A DNA stretch of 64,000 nucleotides, taken from contig CAXXTU010000002.1 of the NCBI GenBank assembly GCA_963662655.2, positions 1,600,001 to 1,664,000 on the forward strand, written 5' to 3'. A model generated the notes under the pieces. The model made no database searches, was not told the origin of the DNA, and saw only the letters and a program-made list of their open reading frames with translations. Every line of letters starts with the position of its first letter. Position 1 is the first letter of the stretch. Positions 31,150 through 41,886 of this stretch are shown here, piece by piece. Position numbers and translations under genes: made by a program. The stretch comes from Candidatus Cloacimonadales bacterium. GTDB lineage: Bacteria > Cloacimonadota > Cloacimonadia > Cloacimonadales > JAIOQZ01.

Positions 31150-32123
31150 ACATGTTTCCTGTAATCGGGATTGACGACTTGCGGAGGGATAAAGCCCTCA
31201 ATGATGGCGATGGCGTTCTCCGCGCACATCAAGCCCATATTGTTTCTCGTATCGATTGTCGCGCTGCCTACGTGCGGCAGGAGAACGACGTTGTCCAGCT
31301 TCTCCAGCCCGGGATAGATATCTGGTTCATCTTCGTAGACGTCCAGACCCGCGGCTGCGATTTCGCCATCCTCGAGCGCGTGGTAAAGCGCCCGTTCGTC
31401 CACCACCGGTCCCCGTGCCGTGTTGATGAGGATCGCCGAGTTCTTCATTTTTACAAACTCTTTGATGCCGATCAAGTGGTTTGTCTGAGCAGTTAGCGGG
31501 ACGTGCAGACTCACGAAATCGGACATTTCCAGGAGAAGATCGAGCGGACAGAACTTCGCGTTGTAGTCCCGCTCGAGCAGAAAATTGGGCGAATTGCTGC
31601 AATAGATGATGTTCATGTCGAATCCAACAGCCCTCTTGGCCATCGCCGTGCCGATTCGCCCCGTCCCGACGATCCCCAGCGTCTTCCCGGTGATATCCGC
31701 TCCGAGAAAGAGAAGGGGCGACCATCCGTGGAACTTCCCCTCGCGGGTGAATCTATCGGCTTCCACAACGCGCCTCGCGCATGCGAACAGAAGCGCCCAG
31801 GCGACGTCCGCGGTGGCATCGGTGAGAACATCGGGGGTGTTGGTTACGGGAATGCTTTTCTGCGTGGCGTATGCGATATCGATGTTGTTGAATCCGACCG
31901 CGTAGTTCACGATCCCTTTCAGGTTGGGATTAGCGTCGATCACTTCGCGATCGATCTTTTCCGAAAGCATGCAGAGGAGAATATCGCACTCCTTCACGCC
32001 GGAGATCAGCTCCTCGCGCGGTACAGCTTCGTCGTAGGGGTTTTCGATTATCTCAAAACGTTGCGCGATTCTCTCCATCGCGATTTCAGGCAATTTGCGT
32101 GTGATGAAAATCACCGGTTTCAT
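31146..32123 (-). CDS. D-glycerate dehydrogenase/glyoxylate reductase
   Basis: NTPDVLTDATAD, GTGRIG, INTARG, GLDVYE, LPHVGSAT. Confidence 0.88.
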   Translation of the reverse strand: MKPVIFITRKLPEIAMERIAQRFEIIENPYDEAVPREELISGVKECDILLCMLSEKIDREVIDANPNLKGIVNYAVGFNNIDIAYATQKSIPVTNTPDVLTDATADVAWALLFACARRVVEADRFTREGKFHGWSPLLFLGADITGKTLGIVGTGRIGTAMAKRAVGFDMNIIYCSNSPNFLLERDYNAKFCPLDLLLEMSDFVSLHVPLTAQTNHLIGIKEFVKMKNSAILINTARGPVVDERALYHALEDGEIAAAGLDVYEDEPDIYPGLEKLDNVVLLPHVGSATIDTRNNMGLMCAENAIAIIEGFIPPQVVNPDYRKHV

Positions 32124-32278
32124 ATACATCTCCCAAGCAAAAGAGGTTCTCATGAGCGCTTCGCGCGAGCATCCATACTCTTTGGCGACGCGCCGCAAAT
32201 TTCACGCACCTGACGGCTATTTAAATAACGAACGTGTCCCGAATGAATTCACCCCATTGACTTCAAACGGACGAGAAA

Positions 32279-34351
32279 TTACTTCTTCTTCTTTATCGCT
32301 TTGTCCAGCAGATCCCCGAGGGTCTCGCCGAAATCTCCCGACTTCACGTTGTCGCTGTATTGCTGGATCATTCTCTTGTTCATGATATGCTCTTTCTTCG
32401 AGCGTTTCCCCGATCGCATCGCTCCCGGATCACTCTGGTCCGACCGGTAGCCACATCTTCCGTCCGAGCAGATCAGATGTCCACCATTTTTTCCCTGAAC
32501 CTTCATCAAGGGCTTTCCGCAGGTGGGGCACTTGTGGCCCGTGAGGTTGTCCGGCTTGTACTCGGCGGTGCTGTTCTTCACATCCCGGGTGAGTCGTATC
32601 GCGTTGGCGCGGATGTCCTCGATGAAGTCCTTCGCCCGTTCTTCGCCTTTCGCGATGCGATTCAACCGCATCTCCCACTGCGCGGTTAGCTCCGGCGATT
32701 TCAGCTCGTCCGGCACCAGATCGATGAGTTGGAATCCCTTCGGCGTGGGAACCATCGATTTACCCTGTCGCTCCACGTAGAACGTGGAAACCAGCTTCTC
32801 GATGATCTCCGCGCGCGTTGCAGGCGTCCCCAGTCCGCCCTGGGCAATCGACGCCTTGAGCGTCTTGTCGTCGATGAATTTCCCCGCGTTTTCCATCGCG
32901 GAGAGGAGAGTCGCTTCCGTGTACCTTGCCGGCGGCTTTGTACTGTGGCGAACCAGCCGAACTTGCGAAGCCTTGATCGCATCGCCCTTCTTCAGGCTGG
33001 TATTCGTGAACGCGGGAAGACTGTCGTCCTCATCCTCTTCATCGCCCTTTCCTTCAACGGATTTCCAGCCGCTATCGAGCGTGACCTTGCCCCGAGCGAT
33101 GAATTTCTCCTGCTCGATCTCCAGCACAACACTGGTAACTTTATACTGATAATCCCCATACAGCGCTACCAGGAAGCGGCGCACGATGAGGTCGTAAACT
33201 CTTTTTTCGTCAGTGGTTAGCTGCGTAAGATTCGCACGCTGCTCGGTGGGAATCAGCGCATGGTGATCGCTGACTTTGCTGTCGTTGACGATCCGCTTGG
33301 TAACGTGCAGATCGTTTTGCAGGATGGTAGACGCATAACCCGACCACGAGCCGGTTTGTACCGCCTTCAGGCGATCCTTGAGCGTCGAGACCATGTCGCC
33401 GGTGAGATAGCGTGAATCCGTGCGCGGATATGTCACTACTTTGTGACGTTCGTACAGACTCTGAACGATGGAAAGCGTGTGTTTCGCGGTGAAACCGAAA
33501 CGGTTGTTGGCAGCGCGCTGGAGCTCTGTGAGGTCGTAAAGTAGTGGCGGCTGCGTACGCTTCTTGCTGTCGCTGATCTCGACGATCTTCCCGCCCTTAC
33601 CGCTGACCTTGTTCACCAGGCTCTGGGCAAATTCGTGATCGAATATGCGGTCGTTGCCCTTGTCATTCTTCCAGACGCCTGTGAAACCGCCGAAATCGGC
33701 CTCGACCGTCCAGAACGGCTCCGGCTTGAAATTGCGAATCTCGTTCTCTCGATCGATGATCATCGCCAGCGTTGGCGATTGCACCCTTCCCGCCGAGAGC
33801 TGCGCATCGAACTTGCAGGTAAGCGCGCGGGTTACATTCAGGCCGATCAGCCAGTCGGCTTCCGCGCGACACTGCGCAGCGTGATAGAGGTTTTCGTATT
33901 CATTACCCGGCTTGAGCTTTGCAAATCCGTCTCGGATCGCCGCATCCGTCTGGGATGAAATCCAAAGACGCTTGATCGTCTTTTTCCAGCCGGAGAGCAC
34001 GAGAATCCAGCGAGCGACCAACTCGCCTTCGCGTCCGGCGTCCGTCGCAATGACAACCTGAGAAATATCGCCACGCTTCAGGAGTCCGCGCACTGTATTG
34101 AATTGCTTCCGCGAATTGGGAATCACCTTCAGCTTCATTTTGTCGGGAAGAATCGGGAGGTCCACCAGGTCCCAATGCTTGTATTTGCTGTCGTAGTCTC
34201 CCGGCTCCGCCAGGGTGACCAGATGCCCCAGCGCCCAGGTCACGATCGCCTGCTCGCCTTCAAAATATCCCTGATGTTTCGACCCGCACTTCAGCACTCG
34301 AGCCAGTTCTCTTCCCACGCTCGGTTTCTCGGCGATCACGATTGTTTTCAT
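32279..34351 (-). CDS. topB: DNA topoisomerase III
   Basis: IAEKPS, ATDAGREGE, SAGRVQSPT, TYPRTDS, GLGTPATRA. Confidence 0.92.
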   Translation of the reverse strand: MKTIVIAEKPSVGRELARVLKCGSKHQGYFEGEQAIVTWALGHLVTLAEPGDYDSKYKHWDLVDLPILPDKMKLKVIPNSRKQFNTVRGLLKRGDISQVVIATDAGREGELVARWILVLSGWKKTIKRLWISSQTDAAIRDGFAKLKPGNEYENLYHAAQCRAEADWLIGLNVTRALTCKFDAQLSAGRVQSPTLAMIIDRENEIRNFKPEPFWTVEADFGGFTGVWKNDKGNDRIFDHEFAQSLVNKVSGKGGKIVEISDSKKRTQPPLLYDLTELQRAANNRFGFTAKHTLSIVQSLYERHKVVTYPRTDSRYLTGDMVSTLKDRLKAVQTGSWSGYASTILQNDLHVTKRIVNDSKVSDHHALIPTEQRANLTQLTTDEKRVYDLIVRRFLVALYGDYQYKVTSVVLEIEQEKFIARGKVTLDSGWKSVEGKGDEEDEDDSLPAFTNTSLKKGDAIKASQVRLVRHSTKPPARYTEATLLSAMENAGKFIDDKTLKASIAQGGLGTPATRAEIIEKLVSTFYVERQGKSMVPTPKGFQLIDLVPDELKSPELTAQWEMRLNRIAKGEERAKDFIEDIRANAIRLTRDVKNSTAEYKPDNLTGHKCPTCGKPLMKVQGKNGGHLICSDGRCGYRSDQSDPGAMRSGKRSKKEHIMNKRMIQQYSDNVKSGDFGETLGDLLDKAIKKKK

Positions 34352-35646
34352 TGGTCTCCTCCCAAATTACCGGGACCAACAACTTCGATCCCGTCCAGAT
34401 ACTTTCCTCGCGCAATGCCCGAGAAATTCTCTCCGGGTTGTATGATTCTGTTATTGTCTTGCTTTCGATAAATTCGTATAAATCGATCCGAAAGACCTTC
34501 CGCCAGGCCGTCGTTATCCTTCTCCGCTATCGCGGCAATCATCCGGCCGGATGCGATGAGATCATTGATATATTGTTCCTTCTTCGTGGCGGAAAGTTGT
34601 TCGAGTTCGCCGCACCGGGTTTTGACGATGTTGCCGTGAATCTGGTTCTTCATCCGCGCTGCGGGTGTCCCGCTTCTTTTGGAAAAAGCGAACCCGTGCA
34701 GGTAGGTTACCGGCAATGACTCGAGAAAATCAACCGTTTGCCGGTGATGCTCGTCCGTCTCTCCCGGAAAACCGGCAATGACATCGAAACCGAATGCCGG
34801 CTGATCGAATATACCTGATAAACGATCGATCAACCTGCGAAACGTCGCGGTGTCGTATCGACGCCCCATCGCCTTCAAGACGGTATCGCAACCGGATTGC
34901 AGCGGAATGTGGAAATGCGGGGCGAGATGCTCCATTTCTGCGAACGCGTCGAGTAACTCCTCGCCGAACAATTGCGGCTCGATGGAGCTGAGGCGAATTC
35001 GCTCCACGCCAGGGATCCGGTCCAGTTCAAGGAGCAGTTTGTGGAACGGGTAACCGTGATCGATGCCGTAAAGGCCCATATTGATTCCGCCAAGGACAAA
35101 CTCATGGAAGCCGTTATCGACTAACGCTCGGATCTGTCTCTTCACGTTCTCGTGATCACGGCTGCGAGGGTTTCCCCGAGCGTCGGGAACCGCGCAATAG
35201 GCGCACCGAAAATTGCAACCATCCTGAATCTTCACGAACGCGCGCGAACGCTCCGCCATCTGCGTGGTGAATGTCTCCACATATTCTTCCGAGCCGTCCA
35301 GTGAGCGGAATTGAAGATCAGCGGTATCCAGAAGATCGTAGATGCGATGCTTGGAGGCGTTATCGACCACCAGAACGTCATCGTCGTGAAAAGCGTGCGG
35401 CGAGCGCATCACGTAACAGCCGGTCAGAACGACTTTTGCCTGCGGGTTCTTCAGCGCTCTGCGAACCGCGTTGCGGCTTTTGAAATCGGCGCGATTGGTT
35501 ACCGTGCATGAATTGACGATGTAGACGTCTGCATGTTCGCTGAACTCGACCTGCCGCCATCCGGCTGCGAGAAACGGCTCCAGGATGCATGCCGATTCAT
35601 ATTGATTCACCTTGCAACCGAGCGTCGTAATCGCGACCGCCGGCAT
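34348..35646 (-). CDS. mtaB: tRNA t6A37 methylthiotransferase
   Basis: TLGCKVNQYES, NSCTVT, KIQDGCNFRCAYC radical-SAM motif. Confidence 0.9.
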   Translation of the reverse strand: MPAVAITTLGCKVNQYESACILEPFLAAGWRQVEFSEHADVYIVNSCTVTNRADFKSRNAVRRALKNPQAKVVLTGCYVMRSPHAFHDDDVLVVDNASKHRIYDLLDTADLQFRSLDGSEEYVETFTTQMAERSRAFVKIQDGCNFRCAYCAVPDARGNPRSRDHENVKRQIRALVDNGFHEFVLGGINMGLYGIDHGYPFHKLLLELDRIPGVERIRLSSIEPQLFGEELLDAFAEMEHLAPHFHIPLQSGCDTVLKAMGRRYDTATFRRLIDRLSGIFDQPAFGFDVIAGFPGETDEHHRQTVDFLESLPVTYLHGFAFSKRSGTPAARMKNQIHGNIVKTRCGELEQLSATKKEQYINDLIASGRMIAAIAEKDNDGLAEGLSDRFIRIYRKQDNNRIIQPGENFSGIARGKYLDGIEVVGPGNLGGDQ

Positions 35647-35648
35647 GG

Positions 35649-36731
35649 TTAGAAAGCCTCCCGCACTACAAAGATGATATCGTAGTCTTCCCGGGAGAAT
35701 CCGAAATCGAGCCGGAAATTGAGTCGTTCCTTCGCGAAGAACACATAGCGGAGTCCCATACCGTAGGTGTAATGCGTTTTATCCATGCGGAAATCGGAGA
35801 CCTCATGCGCGACCTGCCCGTACTCGGCAAATGCAACCGCGCCCCAGCGACGAAGCAAACCGCTTTCGAACGGGAAGGTCCTGTACTCCAGCCGCGAAGT
35901 GAGCATATGATTGTCGATGTAGCGCTGCGAGTCGAAACCGCGCATCTGCCCGCCCAAACGGGATATCTCCTGATACGGCGCGTCATTGACCGTGAAAAGG
36001 GCCACGCCCTGCCATGCGACAACGTGGCCTCTGGCTATTTTGAAAAAGTGTGTAAGATTCGCCTTGTACTTGGCAAACGAGTAATCCGAGCCGAATTGCT
36101 TCTCGAAGATGCGAATATTGAGATCGTAGAAAAGACCTTCTTCAGCGGTGAAGGTGTTATCGCGTGTGTCGATCTGTGCAATGATGTCGATGCCGGAAAG
36201 GTTGTACTCCTCGCTGCCGGAAATGGTTCCGGCCTGTAGGTATCCCTCCGAATCGAAGTCGGTGAGCTTGTTGGTAAGATATTCCCAACCGCCGCCGAAA
36301 AGGAAGTATTTCCGAAATCGCTTCTTGATATACAACTCGCCTTTGAAGTGATTCACCGTACAGGTTTCTTTGTCGTCGGCGTCGGAATCGTTCCCGAGTC
36401 CGTAAAATGGCGTTGGCCAGTACTTGTACTGGAATTTGGCTCCCGCGGCGTACTTGCCGCCCCAAATGTTGTAGTAGGGCATCAGAAGCACCTGAACCTG
36501 CTTCTTGAAGCTGGCCATAACGTTCAGGGTAAGTGAATTGGGAGACACATACATCGGCAATTCCGGGGGGCGTTGCGTGTACATTACAGCGCCACCCAGA
36601 ACTGCGCTTGTTTCTCTTGCATACATCCCGATCGGGATGAACAGGTAATCGCTCGAGGTTGAATCAGGCGGCGTCTGCGCATCCAGTACAAACGTAAGTG
36701 AGAACAGGATCAGGATCAGGTATTTCTTCAT
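35649..36731 (-). CDS. Omp85/BamA-TamA-family outer-membrane beta-barrel
   Basis: Signal peptide, DTRDN, LGG..MRGF, G.GLRY, RLDFG, terminal Phe. Confidence 0.8.
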   Translation of the reverse strand: MKKYLILILFSLTFVLDAQTPPDSTSSDYLFIPIGMYARETSAVLGGAVMYTQRPPELPMYVSPNSLTLNVMASFKKQVQVLLMPYYNIWGGKYAAGAKFQYKYWPTPFYGLGNDSDADDKETCTVNHFKGELYIKKRFRKYFLFGGGWEYLTNKLTDFDSEGYLQAGTISGSEEYNLSGIDIIAQIDTRDNTFTAEEGLFYDLNIRIFEKQFGSDYSFAKYKANLTHFFKIARGHVVAWQGVALFTVNDAPYQEISRLGGQMRGFDSQRYIDNHMLTSRLEYRTFPFESGLLRRWGAVAFAEYGQVAHEVSDFRMDKTHYTYGMGLRYVFFAKERLNFRLDFGFSREDYDIIFVVREAF

Positions 36732-36734
36732 AAT

Positions 36735-37991
36735 TTACAGGATGATTGGCTGCTCCGGTTGCGACTCAGGCTGTTCGATTCCGAAAACGAGATCGTAGGC
36801 GTCGATAGCGATCTGAAGCTCCTCGTTGGTGGGAATCACCAGGATTGAGATTCTGGAGAAGTCCTTGGAGATGACCCCTTCCTTCGATCCGTTGGCGACG
36901 TTTTTCTGGTAATCGATCACGATACCGAGGTTTTCCAGGCGGTTACAGATCATCTTGCGTATATTGATGCCGTGCTGCCCGATACCGCCGGTGAAAACAA
37001 GGATATCAACGCGAACAAGGTTCGCGACATACGCTCCGATGTATTTACGGATACGATACGCGTACGCTTCCATCGCTTCCTGAGCGTTTTGGTTGCCCTG
37101 TGAAGCAGCATGATCGAGGTCGCGCATGTCGTTGGAAATGCCCGACAGTCCGAGGAGCCCGCTTTTCTTGTTGAGGATTTTATTAAGCTCCTGTGGCGTA
37201 TAGCCGCGCTCGAGGAGGTAGAAAACGATGGACGGATCGATATCGCCGGAGCGGGTACCCATCATGACGCCTTCAAGGGGGGTGAAGCCCATCGACGTAT
37301 CGACGGAGCGTCCGTTCTCGATGGCGGTGATCGATGCGCCGTTACCGAGATGGCAGGAGATGACGTTGGTGTTCTCCGGGGAGCGCTTCATCAATTTCAG
37401 CGCTTTGGCGGCGACGTAGCGGTGACTGGTTCCGTGGAATCCATACTTACGAATCTTGTATTTGTCGTACATCTCGCGCGGAAGTCCGTAAAGGTACGCC
37501 GGAGGCTCGAGTGTCTGGTGGAACGCGGTGTCGAATACCGCGACTTGCGGCACTTTCGGCAGTACTGCCGTTATTTCCTGAATACCCATGAGGTTTGCAG
37601 GATTGTGAAGTGGCGCGAGTTCGATATTCTCCTCGATCACCTTTTGCACGTCGTCATTGATGATCACGGATGACGAGTATTTCTCGCCGCCGTGTACGAC
37701 GCGGTGTCCGACCACCTCAATTTCCTTGATATCCGTGAGCATTCCCTTTTTATCATCTATCATTGCCCGAGTCATGAGCTCGATGGCCGCTCTGTGGTTG
37801 GGTACTTCCGTTTCTTGCTCGATCAATCCGCGCTTGGTGCGCTGTTCGAGGCGCCCGATCTGTTCCCCGATTCTCTCGATGACGCCCTTTCCGAGGCTCA
37901 CCTGAGACGGCATCTCGAATACTTCGTACTTCAGGGACGAGCTTCCGCAATTGATCGTAAGGACTTTCTTCGACTGTTCGCTGGTTTCCAT
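36735..37991 (-). CDS. ackA: Acetate kinase
   Basis: NCGSSSLK, GHRVVHGG, APLHNP, HLGNGAS, IPTNEE. Confidence 0.96.
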   Translation of the reverse strand: METSEQSKKVLTINCGSSSLKYEVFEMPSQVSLGKGVIERIGEQIGRLEQRTKRGLIEQETEVPNHRAAIELMTRAMIDDKKGMLTDIKEIEVVGHRVVHGGEKYSSSVIINDDVQKVIEENIELAPLHNPANLMGIQEITAVLPKVPQVAVFDTAFHQTLEPPAYLYGLPREMYDKYKIRKYGFHGTSHRYVAAKALKLMKRSPENTNVISCHLGNGASITAIENGRSVDTSMGFTPLEGVMMGTRSGDIDPSIVFYLLERGYTPQELNKILNKKSGLLGLSGISNDMRDLDHAASQGNQNAQEAMEAYAYRIRKYIGAYVANLVRVDILVFTGGIGQHGINIRKMICNRLENLGIVIDYQKNVANGSKEGVISKDFSRISILVIPTNEELQIAIDAYDLVFGIEQPESQPEQPIIL

Positions 37992-38180
37992 AATACCTCC
38001 AAAACTTATACGTTTATTGAATCATACATGAACCAAATCTATTGGGCTGATGTTTTTTCTTTTACCATATCTGTCAAACACTCTTTTGCGTAGAAGTTGC
38101 AATAATATTCATTCATTTTTTCGGTCATCATTTGTCATCGCCTGATTCGTCCCCGCAAGCACAGGAGAGCGCCAGCTCCC

Positions 38181-38286
38181 GCGGCGGGGCGGCGGCGGAA
38201 GTCTTTTAGACTTCCGGAATCTTCCCGGGGTTGCAAGCGCAGCCCCGGGGAGGTTCGTGCGCGAAGCGCACACGCCGCCCCGCCGC
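38181..38286 (+). repeat. Family-2 four-way-junction element, copy 1
   Basis: Perfect 14-bp closing stem enclosing GGAAGTCT/AGACTTCC, an 18-bp GAA..TTC arm and GTGCGC-GAA-GCGCAC. Confidence 0.8.
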
Positions 38287-38466
38287 TGATATGCGCGGAA
38301 AACTTCTGTGGTCATCGTGCATCGGCAAAGATATAGGATTGTGTGAATATCGTGTTCGGAAACAAAAAAATGACGTTTCAACGGGAATTATATCTTGACA
38401 ATTCACAATAGGGTTTCAGCATATTATTTAGTGAATAAAATGCGTAAAATCCAAGGAGGAATAACA

Positions 38467-39435
38467 ATGAAAAGAACTACATTATTCGTGGCTTTACTGG
38501 CAATCGTAGGATCGATGTTCGCATTGACCTGCTACGATGTACAGTACACAGAGGACGCAAACGGAACTTCACCTTATTTCGGTCAGACAGTTACCGTGCA
38601 AGGCATCGTTGTGGCAACCGAGTGGAGAGGTTATGTTGACTTCTATATTGCCGATCCGGAAGGCGGACCATGGCATGGCCTTTTCATCTACGACGACACC
38701 GAAGAATACGGCGACATGGTTTCCGTAGGCGACATGATTGAAATCACTGGTCTTATTGACGAGTATTACAACATGACCGAACTCAAGGAAATCGACGACA
38801 TGGAAATCCTCAGTTCCGGTAATGCTGTTCCTGAAGCCTATAGAGTAACATGCAGTGACCTTGCTTCCAACGAAGCGAACGAAGGTTGCCACGTTTACAT
38901 CACCGGCGAACTCACAGTGACCCAGGCTCAGAACAACTACGGTGAGTGGTACGTTTCCGACGGCGACGGCGAATGCCAGATCGACGATGGCTTCTTCTAC
39001 CTTGATAGCGTAGACCCTCCCATCGAAATCGAAGTAGACCAGGTTTGGGGAACGATCCGCGGTATGGTCGACTACTCGTACGACCTTTACGCAATCAATC
39101 CAATCACCCCGAGCGACATCAGCCCGAACGAAGGTTCAGACGATGAAACGGTCCCGGAAATGGGCATCACACTTGGCAACTACCCGAATCCCTTCAACCC
39201 TCAGACCACAATCGAATTCTCGATTCCTGAAGCTGCCAACACTACGCTCGATATCTACAACGTTCGCGGTCAGAAGATCAACACCCTGATCAACGATCGT
39301 CTTGACGCAGACACCCATCAGGTTGTCTGGAACGGCACAGACGCCAGCGGCAAGAACGTTACAAGCGGTATCTACTTCTACAAGCTCAATAGCGGTCGCT
39401 ACACATCGACCAAGAAAATGATTCTTCTGAAGTAA
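38467..39435 (+). CDS. Secreted OB-fold protein with C-terminal FlgD-Ig/T9SS-type sorting domain
   Basis: Signal peptide; SPYFGQTVTVQGIV..FYIAD..G.WHGLFIY; NYPNPFNPQTT...KMILLK; GGAGGA RBS. Confidence 0.8.
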   Translation: MKRTTLFVALLAIVGSMFALTCYDVQYTEDANGTSPYFGQTVTVQGIVVATEWRGYVDFYIADPEGGPWHGLFIYDDTEEYGDMVSVGDMIEITGLIDEYYNMTELKEIDDMEILSSGNAVPEAYRVTCSDLASNEANEGCHVYITGELTVTQAQNNYGEWYVSDGDGECQIDDGFFYLDSVDPPIEIEVDQVWGTIRGMVDYSYDLYAINPITPSDISPNEGSDDETVPEMGITLGNYPNPFNPQTTIEFSIPEAANTTLDIYNVRGQKINTLINDRLDADTHQVVWNGTDASGKNVTSGIYFYKLNSGRYTSTKKMILLK

Positions 39436-39453
39436 TAATCCAAAGAAAGCTAT

Positions 39454-39482
39454 AAGGCATGGACGATTGTTCATGCCTTTTT
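39454..39482 (+). terminator. Intrinsic terminator
   Basis: AAGGCATGGAC-GATT-GTTCATGCCTT followed by T-run. Confidence 0.7.
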
Positions 39483-39554
39483 CTTTGTCTCCGGCCTGCA
39501 AAGCTCCATCAAAGCCCCCCATCCCACCTTCAATCACCTGCAATATTCCATCGA

Positions 39555-39673
39555 GTGAGCAGATTCGTTCGATCCTTTTACCGCGTGGTGTTTCACGGCG
39601 GAGCTTTCAATATCCACTTCCGCTCGGAGCCGTGGTATATCCACGGGGTAAAAGGATCGGGCGAAGATGCCAC
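39555..39673 (+). repeat. Family-1 structured hairpin element, copy D
   Basis: GTG-A-GC-AGA-TTCGTTCGAT-CCTTTTACCGC-GTGG-TGTTT-CACGGC...GCCGTG-GTATAT-CCAC-GGGGTAAAAGG-ATCGGGCGAA-GAT-GC-CAC. Confidence 0.9.
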
Positions 39674-39754
39674 GAAACTGGAAAAGGGAACGAAGGCATC
39701 CTTGCCTGCATTCTCTCATCATCCCAGCCATTCTGAATATCCTGCTTCAGACAC

Positions 39755-39784
39755 AAAAAAAGGGCAATCTCGATGGATTGCCCT
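39755..39784 (-). terminator. Intrinsic terminator
   Basis: AGGGCAATC/GATTGCCCT stem plus T-run on minus strand. Confidence 0.72.
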
Positions 39785-39802
39785 AAAAGACTTCTCTTAG
39801 AA

Positions 39803-41317
39803 TTACTTGAGCAAAAGCATCTTCCCTGTTGATGCAACGCTCCCATTGCCATTCTTCTGCGAAACGCGACAGAGGTAGACGCCGGATGCCTGTGATTCAG
39901 CATTCCAGGTCACTTGATGCACGCCTTGCGTCATGTTGCCAAGCTCCCTGCGTTCCACACGTTGCCCCTTGACATTGTAAATCTCAAGCGTCACGTCGGC
40001 TTGTGCCGCCACGCTGAACCTGATCGTCGTTTGTGGATTAAATGGATTGGGATAAGCCGTAGGAGCTGAAACCATCAGATCGATGACCTCGTCATTAACT
40101 CCGGATGGGGTGATCACTTCATCGAGATTGAAAACGGTCGCCTCTTCTCCGTACGCAGGGTGACTCGCCTGTGCGGAAGCGAAACTCACTTCCCTGGTCA
40201 CGCTGTTGTAACGAATCGCATGGATGTTCGTGGAAATACCCGCCGCACCGGCCAGAAGATTCCAGCTCCTGGCATCGTTAATCACGGTCGATACTTCAAG
40301 AGAATCGACGATACCGTTGTAACGGTAGCATGTGATCGGATTGTAAAGCACGCGAAAATGGTTAGTCAACGCAAGGTTGTCGCCCTGAATAACCGTGTTG
40401 TCTTCCACGGACCGTGTCGCGACACCCATCTGATTGTTGTTTTCGATGATGATCGGAAGATCGTCGTTATCGTGCGTTACGTGAACCAGCGTTCCAACCG
40501 CGCGGTTGCGATCCTCTACGGCCTGAAGAATATCGTTGGTCGTCTGCTCGCCGTCGGCATCGTAATCGACCTTCTCGATTCCGTTGCGCAACGTGAGAAG
40601 TATCGGATAAAATCCACCGGTATCGGAACAGCTATGATTGTTGCCCATGTTAAGGAACGTGGTCAATCCGTTTTCGTTAATTGCGGAGAGTCCGCCAAAC
40701 AAACCCGGGAACGTGAAGGATATCCAGTTCTGTTCATCTTCTTCTTCCGGTTTCTGGATCAACACAACGGGATTTCTGAACAACGCCGCGTTCGTGCTCC
40801 AGTCCATGAAACGGGTGATCACGAGTCCGCCTTGCAGCGTCTCGTCGTCTTCCGTACTGGTTCCCCAGGATGAGATACTCGAACAGGCAAAGAGGTCCTC
40901 CGGTAAGCTTGCGAAATTGATGAGATCAATGAGCGCATTTGCCATCAGGACATCGTTCCCGTCGAGGTCTCTACCGAGTGCAGAGAAATAAACATCCGTT
41001 CCCGCGTCCGCAGCGCCGTCAATCATGGCCGAGGCTTCAGTGACATAGTCTTCTTCAATTACAAAAGCGTTCGTGAAGATCGAACGTGCCTGATTGTAAA
41101 CACTGGGATTTCCGTAACACGCATAATTGAACATGTAGTTCTCAAAAACGTCCATGAAAGCATCTCCAAGGAAATAACCCTGGGCATACCCACGGTCGTA
41201 GTGAGTTCCCCAAACGCGTAAGAAGGTTTTTCCATCCACTTCCCACATATCCCCATTCGCCTGAGCGAATAGTGAAAGCGTACCCACTAACAATGCTAAT
41301 AAAAGCACCTTTTTCAT
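39803..41317 (-). CDS. Secreted C45-family (Ntn) peptidase/acyltransferase with C-terminal sorting domain
   Basis: ACSSISSWG nucleophile Cys, TRFMDW, SAINENGL, TNHF; AYPNPFNPQTT...KMLLLK. Confidence 0.8.
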   Translation of the reverse strand: MKKVLLLALLVGTLSLFAQANGDMWEVDGKTFLRVWGTHYDRGYAQGYFLGDAFMDVFENYMFNYACYGNPSVYNQARSIFTNAFVIEEDYVTEASAMIDGAADAGTDVYFSALGRDLDGNDVLMANALIDLINFASLPEDLFACSSISSWGTSTEDDETLQGGLVITRFMDWSTNAALFRNPVVLIQKPEEEDEQNWISFTFPGLFGGLSAINENGLTTFLNMGNNHSCSDTGGFYPILLTLRNGIEKVDYDADGEQTTNDILQAVEDRNRAVGTLVHVTHDNDDLPIIIENNNQMGVATRSVEDNTVIQGDNLALTNHFRVLYNPITCYRYNGIVDSLEVSTVINDARSWNLLAGAAGISTNIHAIRYNSVTREVSFASAQASHPAYGEEATVFNLDEVITPSGVNDEVIDLMVSAPTAYPNPFNPQTTIRFSVAAQADVTLEIYNVKGQRVERRELGNMTQGVHQVTWNAESQASGVYLCRVSQKNGNGSVASTGKMLLLK

Positions 41318-41886
41318 GACAACTCCTTATGTACTTTATTTTTCCCCAGCTGTTGTTTGTCCATGACTCGATAATGAGGATGATAGAGGTCCCGATACCG
41401 CTGACTGTGATGAAACACAGGCTCTCCCAGCATGAAACCCTGCTCGATCTCACCCATCTGATCTTGATGGATTTCGAGTCCTTTATTGACTAATAATAAC
41501 AGGTCATAGATTTCTGTCCACATATTTCGCCATTGTGCAAGAGGAATCGTCACTTCCACTCTGGCGCTCGCAATGAACGCATCGAAAACATCGTCGAAGT
41601 TCAAGAGACCCTGATGAATCGCGTGAAGGTTTATCCTGCAATACGTTCCATGCCATCCGATGTCTTCGACAAAAGGAACTTCCCGCGTGCGTTCTTCTAA
41701 ACTCATATTATCCAGCTCTCTCTGCATATACTTTCGTGCAGAATCGATATCCTCGATGAGATGCGCCGGACCGTAGATTCCCTGGAAGAACATCTTGTAG
41801 TAGTCTATCAGCTCCGTATTGGGACGCAACGTCATCTCGTGCTGGATGAGTCGTAAAACTTTTTCTTCATCGAATAGCGTTATCAT
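41314..41886 (-). CDS. Conserved hypothetical protein
   Basis: Tightly coupled operon ORF; DYYK..FQG.YGPAHL and HHSQRYR..YHPHYRV look like conserved motifs. Confidence 0.7.
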   Translation of the reverse strand: MITLFDEEKVLRLIQHEMTLRPNTELIDYYKMFFQGIYGPAHLIEDIDSARKYMQRELDNMSLEERTREVPFVEDIGWHGTYCRINLHAIHQGLLNFDDVFDAFIASARVEVTIPLAQWRNMWTEIYDLLLLVNKGLEIHQDQMGEIEQGFMLGEPVFHHSQRYRDLYHPHYRVMDKQQLGKNKVHKELS

